From an uncultured Acidobacteriota bacterium (lineage in GTDB: Bacteria > Acidobacteriota > UBA6911 > RPQK01 > JAPXNP01): a DNA stretch of 64,000 nucleotides. The position numbers were made by a program, and so were the translations under genes. Shown piece after piece: positions 1 through 9,613 of the stretch. The stretch's first letter is position 1; every line of letters begins with the position of its first letter. The notes under the pieces were generated by a model. The model searched no databases. It was not told the DNA's origin and saw only the letters and a list, made by a program, of their open reading frames with translations. The DNA lies in NCBI GenBank assembly GCA_963777605.1, contig CAVZRV010000029.1, forward strand, positions 64,001 to 128,000, read 5' to 3'.

Positions 1-908
1 GCGGTTGAAAGAGGTACTCGTGCAACGCGGAGACCTCGTGCAAGAGGGGCAGTTGATTGCGGTTGTGGACGATGTCGACCTCCTGCAGCAGATCCGCCGG
101 GCCGAAGCCGCTATTGCGGTTGCGAAAGCAGCGGTGGCGCGGGAGAAAGCCTCTCACGACAACCTGGTGCTCCAGGTTGAGCGCTACCAGGCCCTGCACG
201 ACGAGGCACTCGTCTCCACTCAGGACCTGCAGGACCTTGAAAGCCGACTGCGGGTGTCCGAAGCCCAGATCCAGTTGGCCCAGGCTCAGGTGGACCAGGC
301 CGAAGCGTCGCTGCGTGAACTGAAAGTTCAGCAGGAACAGACGCGCGTCTACTCGCCGCTCAGCGGGTTTGTCGGGGTGCGACACCTCGACCCTGGAGCC
401 CTGGTGGGTTCCAGTGTGCCCATCGCGCGGGTGATCGACGTGAGCCGTGTCAAAACGGTGGTCCCGGTGTCGGAAAGGGTGCTGCCGGAGATCCGGAAAG
501 GGCTTGGCGCCGAAATTCGTGTGGACGGCTACCCGAACAAGATCTACCACGGGCACGTGAGCCGGATCAGTCCTCTCCTCAATCCCGAAACTCGGGCCGC
601 CGATTGCGAGATAGAGATTCAAAATGAGGCGGAGACCCTCAAGCCGGGCATGTTTGCCCGAGTCACCATCGATGCCAGCAAGAGTCGAAATTCACTGGCG
701 ATTCCGCGGGCTGCTCTCTTGACGAGAGGATCGGAAAAGGGGGTCTTCCTGCTGACCGGCGAATCTGACGACCGAGTATCGGCGAATCGATATTGGGGAT
801 ATCCAGGGGGACTTTGTTGAAGTTCTGAGCGGGTTGGATCCAGGGACTCGCGTGATCACGGCGGGCGCCCAGAAGCTCAATGATGGCGATAGGGTGAGAA
901 TTGGATGA
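1..908 (+). CDS. RND efflux periplasmic adaptor (membrane fusion protein), 5'-truncated by the window, frameshift near 761
   Basis: Lipoyl/helical-hairpin pattern (VQRGDLVQEGQLIA...VYSPLSG...LKPGMFARV). The expected C-terminus (GDFVEVLSGLDPGTRVITAGAQKLNDGDRV) is in the +1 frame from 762 and ends at TGA 906-908, overlapping the next ATG. Confidence 0.85.
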
Positions 909-3900
909 AATTACCAGATCTGGCGATTCGGCGTCCCGTCTTCGCGACAGTTATCTTTCTCATATTGTCGCTCCTCGGTGCGATTTCCTTCATGCGCCTT
1001 CCGGTCGACTTGATGCCGGACATGACGCTTCCGACCATTACGGTGTCGACCTCCTACGAGGGAGTCGGGCCGGAGGAAATGGAGGAACTGGTTACGATCC
1101 CGCTGGAACGAGCCCTTTCATCGACCCCCTCGGTAAAGGAGATGACGTCGACGTCATCGGAGGGTTCGAGCCAGGTACGCCTTTCCTTTGAATGGGGGAC
1201 TGACATCGAAGCGGCCACGGACGACGTCCGAACGCGCGTCGACCGGGCCAGGGGCTCACTTCCCGAAGACGCTGCGGTTCCGTCGATCTTCAAGTTCGAT
1301 GTCGGTGTCTTCCCGATCCTTTTCCTTGGAGTTTCCAGCGACATGCCCCCGCGGGACTTGCGAGAGTTTGCCGAGAAGCAGCTCCAGTATCGTTTCGAGC
1401 GGATTCCCGGAGTGGCTCAGGCCGATATCTGGGGAGGGCTCCAGCGCGAAATTCACGTCAATCTTGATCGGGAGAAGGTTCACGCCCTCCGAATCAGTCC
1501 CAACCAGGTGATTGCCGCGTTGAGGCGGGAGAATTTGAACGAACCCGCCGGGCACGTGCTGGAAGGTGATTTCGAACTCTTGATGCGGACCGAAGGTGAG
1601 TACACCTCGATTGACGAGATCCGCAAAACGATGGTCACGCGCCGGCAGGGGCAGCCCATCTACGTCAATGATATAGCTACCGTGGAGGACACTCACCAGG
1701 AAGTCCGAAACTACGTTCGGGTCAACGGCGTACCTGGCCTCCGAATGTCTGTTCGAAAGCAGTCGGGAGCCAACACGGTCGACGTGGCACGGGCCGTTGT
1801 GCAGGAGATTGACCGCATCAACCGGGACTTTCCAAACGTCAAGGTTTCGACCATCTTCGACAACTCCAAGTTCATTGAGCGGGCGGTGTCAAATGTCCGC
1901 GATGCGGCCCTCTACGGATCGATTCTCGCCGTCATCATCCTGTTGCTCTTCCTGCGTAACTTCCGATCGACCCTGGTCGTGGCAATCTCTATCCCGATCT
2001 CGATCATATCGACCTTCGGATTGATGTATTTCTACGGGTTTACCCTGAACACGATCACTTTTGGTGGTCTCGCCCTGGGGGTGGGTGTTCTCGTTGACAA
2101 TGCGATTGTCGTACTCGAGAACATATTCCGCCATCGCCAGGATGGCGAAGGAAAGGTGGAGGCTGCGCGCAAGGGCGCCGAAGAGGTCGCGATGGCGATC
2201 ACGGCATCCACTCTGACCACCGTCGTCGTATTCATCCCCGTGGTCTTTATGCAGGGGATTTCGGGTGTTCTGTTTCAGCAGCTCGCGTGGGTGGTTTCCT
2301 TTTCCCTCTTCAGTTCACTCCTGGTTGCGTTGACGCTCGTTCCCTTGCTGGCCAGTCGATTTATCCGGGTTCGCGAGCCGAAAAAGGGAACGATTGCATT
2401 CCGGGTGATCCACGGCATGTCGAGCGCACTGGAAGGCCTGGATCAAAGCTATGCCGAAGCCATTCGGTGGTCGCTGAGACACCGTTGGACGGTAATCAGT
2501 TTGAGTCTCGTTGCGGTGGTTTCTTCGCTCTTCCTGTTGCAGTTCATTGGTTTTGAGTTCCAACCCGAGACCGACGAGGGTGAAGTGCGGATTAACCTGG
2601 AACTCCCCGAAGGAACGCGCCTGGACGTGACCGACAGCGTGACCCGGCAGGTTGAGCAGTTGGTACGAGACAAGGTTCCCGAGGCGGTCAACGTGTTGAC
2701 TGAGGTGGGTGAGCCGGGTGGTTGGCACGCCGCCAATACCAACACCTCGAGCATGCGTTTGAATCTGGTTCCCCTTGCGGAGCGGACGCGGAGTACGCAG
2801 CAGATCGCGATGGACCTGCGGCCGGACCTGGACAAGCTGGCCGGTGTACTCTCCCGGACGCGCGCAACAGGAGGAAACTTCCTGATGCGCATTGCACAGG
2901 GAGACGCGGGCCAGCTCAGCCTCGATGTTCGGGGTTACAACCTGAATGAGACCTATCCGGTGGCGGTTGAGGTGAAGCGGATGCTTGAATCAACCGACGG
3001 GATTTCCGACGCTCGGATCAGTCGAACTGCGGGTCGCCCGGAAAGCCGGATTTACATCGATCGGGAGAAAGTAGCCTCTCTCGGGCTCTCGGTTTCGGAG
3101 ATCGCGACCACCATCAGCGCCGCCCTCGGCGGAACGCGGGCGACTTATTTCCGGGAACGTGGAGACGAGTACGAGGTCAACGTCCGCTACGCCGAGAAGG
3201 ACCGCATGTCGAGTGCCGACGTGCTCGCAATTCCGGTGCAGTTGCCGGGCGGACAGGTCGTGCCGCTCCAGTCCCTGGTCGATTTCAAGCGGAGCGAAGG
3301 CCCCACTTCGATCAGCCGACGGGACCAGCAGCGGATCGTGAGTGTCTCGGGCAATCTGAGCGGCAGCAGGGATATGGGATCGATTGTTGCGGAGATGTCG
3401 GACAAGATCGCCACTCTGCGACTTCCCCCCGAAACGGCGGTGATCTTCTCCGGTGACTGGGAAGATCAGCAGGAGGCCTTCTTCTTCCTCAAGCTCGGTT
3501 TCATCCTGGCGATCGTCCTCGTCTACCTTGTAATGGCAGCGGAATTTGAGTCTTTCCGATACCCGTTCCTGATCATGTTCTCTCTACCGCTGGCTTCTCT
3601 GGGGGTCATCCTGGCCCTGTTCATCACCGATACCAACTTCAATATGCAGGCCTTCATCGGGGTCATCATGCTCGTCGGTATCGTGGTGAACAACGCGATC
3701 GTTCTGGTGGACTACGTGCTGCAGTTGATCCGGATTCACGGTATGCGTGTTGCTGACGCCCTTATAATGGGTGGCCGCCGGCGCTTGCGCCCCATCCTGA
3801 TGACCACGCTGACGACCGTGCTCGGATTGATTCCGATGGCCGTGGGACTCGGAGAGGGTGCCGAGCTTCAGGCCCCCATGGCCCGCGTGCTGATTGGAGG

Positions 3901-4036
3901 GCTGGTTTCGTCCACCTTCATAACCCTGTTTCTGATTCCTACTCTCTTCTACCTCATGGAGACCTTCCGGCTGCGGGAGCCCAGCGAGGCTCGCGAGCCG
4001 GTCGCAGGAGGCGAAGCGGAACCGGCTCTGGGATAA
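905..4036 (+). CDS. AcrB/AcrD/AcrF-family RND efflux permease
   Basis: 1043 aa; GVLVDNAIVVLENI, GIVVNNAIVLVD and RLRPILMTT motifs. Confidence 0.95.
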   Translation: MKLPDLAIRRPVFATVIFLILSLLGAISFMRLPVDLMPDMTLPTITVSTSYEGVGPEEMEELVTIPLERALSSTPSVKEMTSTSSEGSSQVRLSFEWGTDIEAATDDVRTRVDRARGSLPEDAAVPSIFKFDVGVFPILFLGVSSDMPPRDLREFAEKQLQYRFERIPGVAQADIWGGLQREIHVNLDREKVHALRISPNQVIAALRRENLNEPAGHVLEGDFELLMRTEGEYTSIDEIRKTMVTRRQGQPIYVNDIATVEDTHQEVRNYVRVNGVPGLRMSVRKQSGANTVDVARAVVQEIDRINRDFPNVKVSTIFDNSKFIERAVSNVRDAALYGSILAVIILLLFLRNFRSTLVVAISIPISIISTFGLMYFYGFTLNTITFGGLALGVGVLVDNAIVVLENIFRHRQDGEGKVEAARKGAEEVAMAITASTLTTVVVFIPVVFMQGISGVLFQQLAWVVSFSLFSSLLVALTLVPLLASRFIRVREPKKGTIAFRVIHGMSSALEGLDQSYAEAIRWSLRHRWTVISLSLVAVVSSLFLLQFIGFEFQPETDEGEVRINLELPEGTRLDVTDSVTRQVEQLVRDKVPEAVNVLTEVGEPGGWHAANTNTSSMRLNLVPLAERTRSTQQIAMDLRPDLDKLAGVLSRTRATGGNFLMRIAQGDAGQLSLDVRGYNLNETYPVAVEVKRMLESTDGISDARISRTAGRPESRIYIDREKVASLGLSVSEIATTISAALGGTRATYFRERGDEYEVNVRYAEKDRMSSADVLAIPVQLPGGQVVPLQSLVDFKRSEGPTSISRRDQQRIVSVSGNLSGSRDMGSIVAEMSDKIATLRLPPETAVIFSGDWEDQQEAFFFLKLGFILAIVLVYLVMAAEFESFRYPFLIMFSLPLASLGVILALFITDTNFNMQAFIGVIMLVGIVVNNAIVLVDYVLQLIRIHGMRVADALIMGGRRRLRPILMTTLTTVLGLIPMAVGLGEGAELQAPMARVLIGGLVSSTFITLFLIPTLFYLMETFRLREPSEAREPVAGGEAEPALG

Positions 4037-4156
4037 GAGCTTCAATTCGACGCAACGGTGGTTGTCACTTCCGGGCAACCACCGGCCTTTCCTTTTTCCG
4101 GGACGAGGATCCCTGGAAACGGGATCTGGTTTACAATCCTTTAAGAGGAAGCGTCG

Positions 4157-4522
4157 ATGTTACTCAGGCCCGCGATTGACGTTGTCGAAGAGAGTTTCCA
4201 GCAGGGAGTCGCAATCCTCACGATTGAACGTGCCCTGCTCGATCCCGATGATTGCCCGCTGAAGTGCCGAATCGATCACCTGGTTCAGGACGGAACTCCC
4301 CGGATTCTGGTTGACCTTTCCCGCGCTTTGCTCCTGGATTCTTCCGATATTGGACGACTGATCCGGGCCCACGAGACCGTCCGTCGAGCGGGTGGGCGAA
4401 TTCATCTCTGCAACGTCCAACCACAGGTAGGCCGCCTGCTCGAGATTACCCGCCTGGACACCATGTTCGACATTCACTCCACCCGGGACGAAGGGATAGA
4501 GGCACTTCAGCGAAACGGCTGA
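4157..4522 (+). CDS. STAS-domain anti-sigma factor antagonist
   Basis: ILVDLS...LDSSDIG, GGRIHLCNV...LLEITRLD pattern. Confidence 0.8.
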   Translation: MLLRPAIDVVEESFQQGVAILTIERALLDPDDCPLKCRIDHLVQDGTPRILVDLSRALLLDSSDIGRLIRAHETVRRAGGRIHLCNVQPQVGRLLEITRLDTMFDIHSTRDEGIEALQRNG

Positions 4523-4609
4523 ATTTTGCGGCCGAGAACCCTATACTCAATTCAGTAGCAGCCTGTTCGAGGCCGATGAACCTGAAATGCGAGTGCTAAG
4601 GAGATTGAG

Positions 4610-6244
4610 ATGAGAAACGGAATCGCCACAGTTCTCATGCCTGAGAATGAGCCTGTCAGAAACTACGCCCCGGGCAGTCCCGAACGCCAGAGTTTGAAGA
4701 AGAAGATAGAGGAATTCAAAGGGGCCCGACTGGATATCCCTCTCATCATCGGCGGACGCGAAGTGCGTACCGGAAAGCTGGGCGAATGCAGGGTCCCTCA
4801 CGATCACGGACACGTGCTGGCCACTTACCACCAGGCCGGTCAGGAGGAAGTGGACCTGGCAGTGGCTGAAAGCCAGAAGGCCTGGAAAGAATGGTCGCAG
4901 ACCCCCTGGGAAGATCGAGTGGCAATCTTCCGGCGAATGGCGTTGCTGCTGGCCGGACCCCACCGGGACAACCTCAACGCCGCGACCATGCTGGGTCAGA
5001 GCAAGACCGCCTTCCAGGCTGAGATCGACTCCGCTTGCGAGTTGATCGATTTCTACAATTTCAATGGCGCCTACCTCGCGCGAATCTACGCGGATCAGCC
5101 TCCATACAGCCCGACCGGGACCTGGAATCAGCTCGAGTACCGTCCCCTGGAAGGGTTCGTTTTTGCGGTGACCCCGTTTAATTTCACTTCGATTGCGGGG
5201 AACCTTCCGACCTCACCTGTCCTGATGGGCAATGTGGTTCTCTGGAAGCCGGCTTCTTCGGCGGTTTACTCCGCTTATTTCCTGATGAAGCTGTTCAAGG
5301 AAGCGGGGATGCCGGACGGGGTAATCAACTTCATCCCGGGACCGGGATCGCAGGTCGGTCGTCCGGTGTTGGCGAAACCGCAGCTGGCGGGCATCCATTT
5401 TACCGGCTCGACCGAGGTGTTCCAGGGGATGTGGCGCACCGTCGGTGAGAACATCAGCCAGTATCGCGGTTACCCGAGGATCGTGGGCGAGACCGGGGGC
5501 AAGGACTACGTCTTTGTCCACGAATCGGCTGATGTTGCGGAAACGGTGACTGGGCTGGTTCGGGGAGCCTTTGAGTACCAGGGACAGAAATGCTCCGCCG
5601 CTTCTCGGGCGTACATCCCCAGCTCGATCTGGCCGGAATTTAGGGACCGGCTGGTCGCCACGGTCAAGTCGATTGATATGGGCGACATCGAGGATTTCCG
5701 GAACTTCATGGGGGCGGTGATCGATGAGGGGGCGTTCAAGACGATCACTTCGTACATTGATTTTGCCGCGGCAAGCCCGGAAGCCGAAATTCTGACCGGC
5801 GGCAACTACCATGACTCCAGGGGCTACTTCGTCGAGCCCACCACTATCGTCACATCGAATCCGAAATTCAAGACCATGGAAGAGGAGATCTTCGGCCCCG
5901 TTTTGACCATCTATGTCTACGACGCCGGTAGGTTCGAGGAAACCCTCCGGCTTTGTGACGAGACCAGTCCGTATGCTCTCACTGGAGCGATTTTCGCACG
6001 TGACCGCAGGGCGGTGATCCGGGCCCGCGAGGTCTTGACCCACAACGCGGGAAATTTCTACATCAACGACAAGCCGACCGGCGCAGTCGTTGGGCAGCAG
6101 CCGTTCGGCGGTGGACGGGCGTCGGGTACGAATGACAAGGCCGGTTCGGCGCTCAACCTGTTGCGGTGGGCCAGTGTCCGGACGGTCAAGGAGAACTTTC
6201 TGCCGCCGACCGACTACCGTTACCCACATATGAACGCGGACTAG
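4610..6244 (+). CDS. pruA: 1-pyrroline-5-carboxylate (glutamate gamma-semialdehyde) dehydrogenase
   Basis: ALDH motifs PFNFTSI, FTGS, GETGGK, EYQGQKCSA, EEIFGP, GGGRASGTNDK. Confidence 0.92.
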   Translation: MRNGIATVLMPENEPVRNYAPGSPERQSLKKKIEEFKGARLDIPLIIGGREVRTGKLGECRVPHDHGHVLATYHQAGQEEVDLAVAESQKAWKEWSQTPWEDRVAIFRRMALLLAGPHRDNLNAATMLGQSKTAFQAEIDSACELIDFYNFNGAYLARIYADQPPYSPTGTWNQLEYRPLEGFVFAVTPFNFTSIAGNLPTSPVLMGNVVLWKPASSAVYSAYFLMKLFKEAGMPDGVINFIPGPGSQVGRPVLAKPQLAGIHFTGSTEVFQGMWRTVGENISQYRGYPRIVGETGGKDYVFVHESADVAETVTGLVRGAFEYQGQKCSAASRAYIPSSIWPEFRDRLVATVKSIDMGDIEDFRNFMGAVIDEGAFKTITSYIDFAAASPEAEILTGGNYHDSRGYFVEPTTIVTSNPKFKTMEEEIFGPVLTIYVYDAGRFEETLRLCDETSPYALTGAIFARDRRAVIRAREVLTHNAGNFYINDKPTGAVVGQQPFGGGRASGTNDKAGSALNLLRWASVRTVKENFLPPTDYRYPHMNAD

Positions 6245-6269
6245 TGGCCCCTGTCAAAGATACCGCAGA

Positions 6270-8654
6270 GTGAGAACCTTGAAGACAACCCGACAGCGAC
6301 TTTTCGGTCCGACTTTGTGTTTAACCTCAATCCTGCTGGTGTCGGCACCGGCTTTCGGCCGGAACGGGCTTCAGGACCGCTCCGAACGTCCAGTCTACCT
6401 GGATCCGGCGGCACCGATCGCTCAGCGGGTTAACGACTTGCTCTCCCGTATGACTCTCGAGGAAAAGGTCGGGCAGATGAACATGCCCTGTGTCTACGAG
6501 GAAGGACTGGGGCGGACGCCGGAAGAAAAGCGAGAGGGTTGCCGGCGTTTTGCGGCCGGCACACAAGTGGAAGGCCTCGGCCCGGGAGGTGGATTTTTCA
6601 CTCTGCCCAACACGATCCTCCACGAGTCCGCCCGTGAACAGGCGGCCTTTCTCAATGGGCTCCAGCGTATCGCAGTCGAACAGACTCGCCTTGGCATACC
6701 GCTGTTGGAAACCGAGGAAGGAACTCATGGGCTGATGTGTTCTGATGCCACCATATTTCCCGAAGGTTTGGCTCTGGGGAGTACCTTCGACCTGGATCTC
6801 GTTTCGCGAATCTACCGGGTGGCGGCCACCGAAGCCCGATCCAGGGGAATCCACGAACTGTTCACACTTGTCGTCGAACCCTACCGCGATCCGCGCCTCG
6901 GACGCAGCCAGGAGGGCTTCAGTGAGGATCCCTGGTACTGTTCCGGGATTGCCCGGACGATCGTGAGAGCGGTCCAGGGTTACGACGTCTCGCAGCCGGA
7001 CCGAACTGTTGCCGGGCTTTGCCACTATCCGGGGCAGAGCCAGCCGGTCAGCGGCCTGGAGCGCGGAGCGATGGACATCTCAGAGCGGATGTTGCGAAAC
7101 GTTTTCCTTCCTCCCTGGGATGCCGGAATTCGTCAAAGCGGGGCCCTGGGCGTGATGGCGACGTATCCTGCCGTGGATGGAGTCCCGGCTCACGCATCCA
7201 CCTGGCTCCTGACCGAAATTCTTCGGCAGGAACTTGGTTTTCGCGGCCTGGTGCTGAGTGAAGGGGGCGGTATCGGAACGCTGGTTTACGAAGGTTTGGC
7301 AGCCGATCAAAAACATGCCGGGATCCTGGCTCTTCAGGCCGGCGTAGACGTAGGCATCTCTTACGAAGACGGGTACATGGTTCCCCTGGTGGAGAGCGTT
7401 CGCCAGGGTCTGGTTGACGAAGCGCTGGTCGACCGGGCCGTACGCCGAATTCTCGAGCAGAAGTTTCGACTCGGGCTCTTCGAGCATCCCTATGCCGACC
7501 CGGATACCGCGGCCGGCCTGGCAAGACAGTCGGAAAGTCGGGACCTGGCCCTGGAGGCTGCACGGAAATCGATTGTTCTCTTAAAGAACGAAGGGGACCT
7601 GCTCCCTCTGGACCGGGATCGACTGCGATCGATTGCCGTGATTGGACCCAACGCGGACAATGATCGGAATCAGTTGGGGGATTACACGCCACAACACATA
7701 TTGCAGGAGATTACGACGGTTCTGGACGGCATCCGCGAGCTGTCAGGAGCCGGTGTTCGTGTTGACTACCTCAAGGGTTGCGAGGTAATTGGCGACGCCG
7801 TCAACGAGATCGGACAGGCCGCCGAGACGGCCAGCAGGGCGGATGTGGCCGTTGTGGTCCTCGGTGAGAACGAATGGCAGGCAGCGGGCAGGATGGGAAC
7901 CAGCGGAGAGGGTTTTGATGTTGCCACCCTCGAGTTGACCGGCCGCCAGCGGGAACTGGTGCAGGCGGTGGTGGAAACTGGAACCCCGACCGTCGTCGTT
8001 CTCCTCAACGGACGCCCCCTGGCAGTGCGATGGATCGCAGCGCACGTTCCGGCCGTTCTCGAGGCCTGGCAATGCGGTGAAATGGGCGGCAGGGCTGTTG
8101 CCGAGATCCTGTTTGGTGAGGTCAACCCGAGTGGCCGCCTGCCGGTAACCGTTCCCCGTCACGTGGGGCAGTTGCCCGTTTACTACAACGCTCCCAAGTC
8201 GAAGCCGTACTGGATAGAGCATGGCTGGGGTACGCCCTATGCCGACTTGGACCCGCTACCTCTGTGGCCGTTTGGACACGGATTGAGCTACACCTCGTTT
8301 GATTATGGTGAGTTGAGCATCGAGCCGGCGGCGATGGGACGGAGTGGAGAAGCGACGGTCCGTTTCAGGATCCGAAACGCCGGGTCTCGGAAGGGAACCG
8401 AAGTCGTTCAACTCTACGTCACCGACGATGTGGCGAGTGTAGCTACTCCAGTTCGGGAATTGCGCGGGATTCAAAGGGTCGAGCTTGGGCCGGGTGAGGC
8501 CAGGATGATTGAATTTCGCGTCAGGCCGAGTGACCTTTCTCTGCTTGATCGTCACCTCGAGAGGGTGGTCGAACCTGGAACCTTCACCGTCCAGGTGGGA
8601 CACTCTTCGGCCGACATCCGGCTGAAAGGTATCCTCACCGTGGCAGCAGAGTAA
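6270..8654 (+). CDS. Secreted glycoside hydrolase family 3 with C-terminal Fn3-like domain (atypical active-site motifs)
   Basis: Signal peptide; LLSRMTLEEKVGQ, RDPRLGR, SIVLLKN, NPSGRLPVT, PFGHGLSYT, EVVQLY. Confidence 0.9.
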   Translation: MRTLKTTRQRLFGPTLCLTSILLVSAPAFGRNGLQDRSERPVYLDPAAPIAQRVNDLLSRMTLEEKVGQMNMPCVYEEGLGRTPEEKREGCRRFAAGTQVEGLGPGGGFFTLPNTILHESAREQAAFLNGLQRIAVEQTRLGIPLLETEEGTHGLMCSDATIFPEGLALGSTFDLDLVSRIYRVAATEARSRGIHELFTLVVEPYRDPRLGRSQEGFSEDPWYCSGIARTIVRAVQGYDVSQPDRTVAGLCHYPGQSQPVSGLERGAMDISERMLRNVFLPPWDAGIRQSGALGVMATYPAVDGVPAHASTWLLTEILRQELGFRGLVLSEGGGIGTLVYEGLAADQKHAGILALQAGVDVGISYEDGYMVPLVESVRQGLVDEALVDRAVRRILEQKFRLGLFEHPYADPDTAAGLARQSESRDLALEAARKSIVLLKNEGDLLPLDRDRLRSIAVIGPNADNDRNQLGDYTPQHILQEITTVLDGIRELSGAGVRVDYLKGCEVIGDAVNEIGQAAETASRADVAVVVLGENEWQAAGRMGTSGEGFDVATLELTGRQRELVQAVVETGTPTVVVLLNGRPLAVRWIAAHVPAVLEAWQCGEMGGRAVAEILFGEVNPSGRLPVTVPRHVGQLPVYYNAPKSKPYWIEHGWGTPYADLDPLPLWPFGHGLSYTSFDYGELSIEPAAMGRSGEATVRFRIRNAGSRKGTEVVQLYVTDDVASVATPVRELRGIQRVELGPGEARMIEFRVRPSDLSLLDRHLERVVEPGTFTVQVGHSSADIRLKGILTVAAE

Positions 8655-8914
8655 TCCAGGCAGCCCGTCTGTATGGCGGCCGGGCAGCTTGCCCGGCGGA
8701 AGTGAACATTCTCAATCCAGGATTCTTGATTCCCGGTTTGTTCTGAAACAGGACTGAATCGCACTTTCAGTGCTGCATTGCCGTCTCGGTTCCCATTCCC
8801 GGGGCATTGCCGCCGGGCTGAAAATGACCCTGCGCCGTTGGCTCGCTCATCTGGCGATGCTTCACCGGTTTCACTCTCCGGATGATCTCCGCAGAGCGCG
8901 GGGGCGGGGCTGAC
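8651..8914. repeat. Dispersed palindrome-rich repeat, solo copy of array module 1 (57601-57875)
   Basis: Long collinear similarity to 57601-57875, including CCGGGCAGCTTGCCCGG, GCACTTTCAGTGC, CCCGGGGCRTTGCCGCCGGG and the junction GTTTCACT...GGGGGCGGGGCTGAC. Confidence 0.9.
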
Positions 8915-9051
8915 TCGGATCTCGGAACCTCTCGGTTTCGCACCGGACGACTCCTGCAAGTTTTCTTTCTTGCCGACTTCCGGAGAAGGGCAAATAATAG
9001 AAGTATCCAAAGCGTGCTTCCCGTTCTTCGATGCAAAGAGAGGAGGTCCCC

Positions 9052-9522
9052 ATGCCCTGGACCCAAGTCAAAGAGTTTCTTGACGAGAACAACGTCCCGT
9101 ACGTCTCTATCTCCCACTCGCCGGCCTATACTGCCCAAGGCATCGCGGCGTCGGCCCACGTCAGAGGGAAGGAGCTGGCCAAAACCGTTATGGTGAAACT
9201 CCATGGCAAGCTGGCGATGGCGGTCATGCCGGCTCCTTACAAGGTGAACTTTGACAAGCTGAAGGATGCGATCGGTGAAGCGTCGGTAGAACTGGCGTCC
9301 GAACACGAGTTTGAGCGCATGTTCCCAGACTGCGAATTGGGTGCCATGCCGCCGTTCGGAAATCTCTACGACATGGATGTCTACGTGGCTCGCAGCTTAA
9401 CTGAAAACGACGAGATCGCATTCAACGCCGGGACCCACTCCGAGTTGATCCGCATGGCATATGCCGATTTCGAACGCCTTGTTCAGCCGCGAGTCTTGAG
9501 GTTTACCGCGCACTCAGCGTAG
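9052..9522 (+). CDS. YbaK/EbsC-family aminoacyl-tRNA editing/deacylase protein
   Basis: LAKTVMV and FPDCELGAMPPFG...FNAGTH motifs; GAGGAGG RBS before ATG 9052. Confidence 0.88.
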   Translation: MPWTQVKEFLDENNVPYVSISHSPAYTAQGIAASAHVRGKELAKTVMVKLHGKLAMAVMPAPYKVNFDKLKDAIGEASVELASEHEFERMFPDCELGAMPPFGNLYDMDVYVARSLTENDEIAFNAGTHSELIRMAYADFERLVQPRVLRFTAHSA

Positions 9523-9613
9523 GATGAGCGTCCCTGCTTGTCTCGCGGACACGGCTGCCGTTTGAACATGGGGCGGAGGTCTTTGATGGCGGCTCGTGGG
9601 TGAAGCGACCGAT

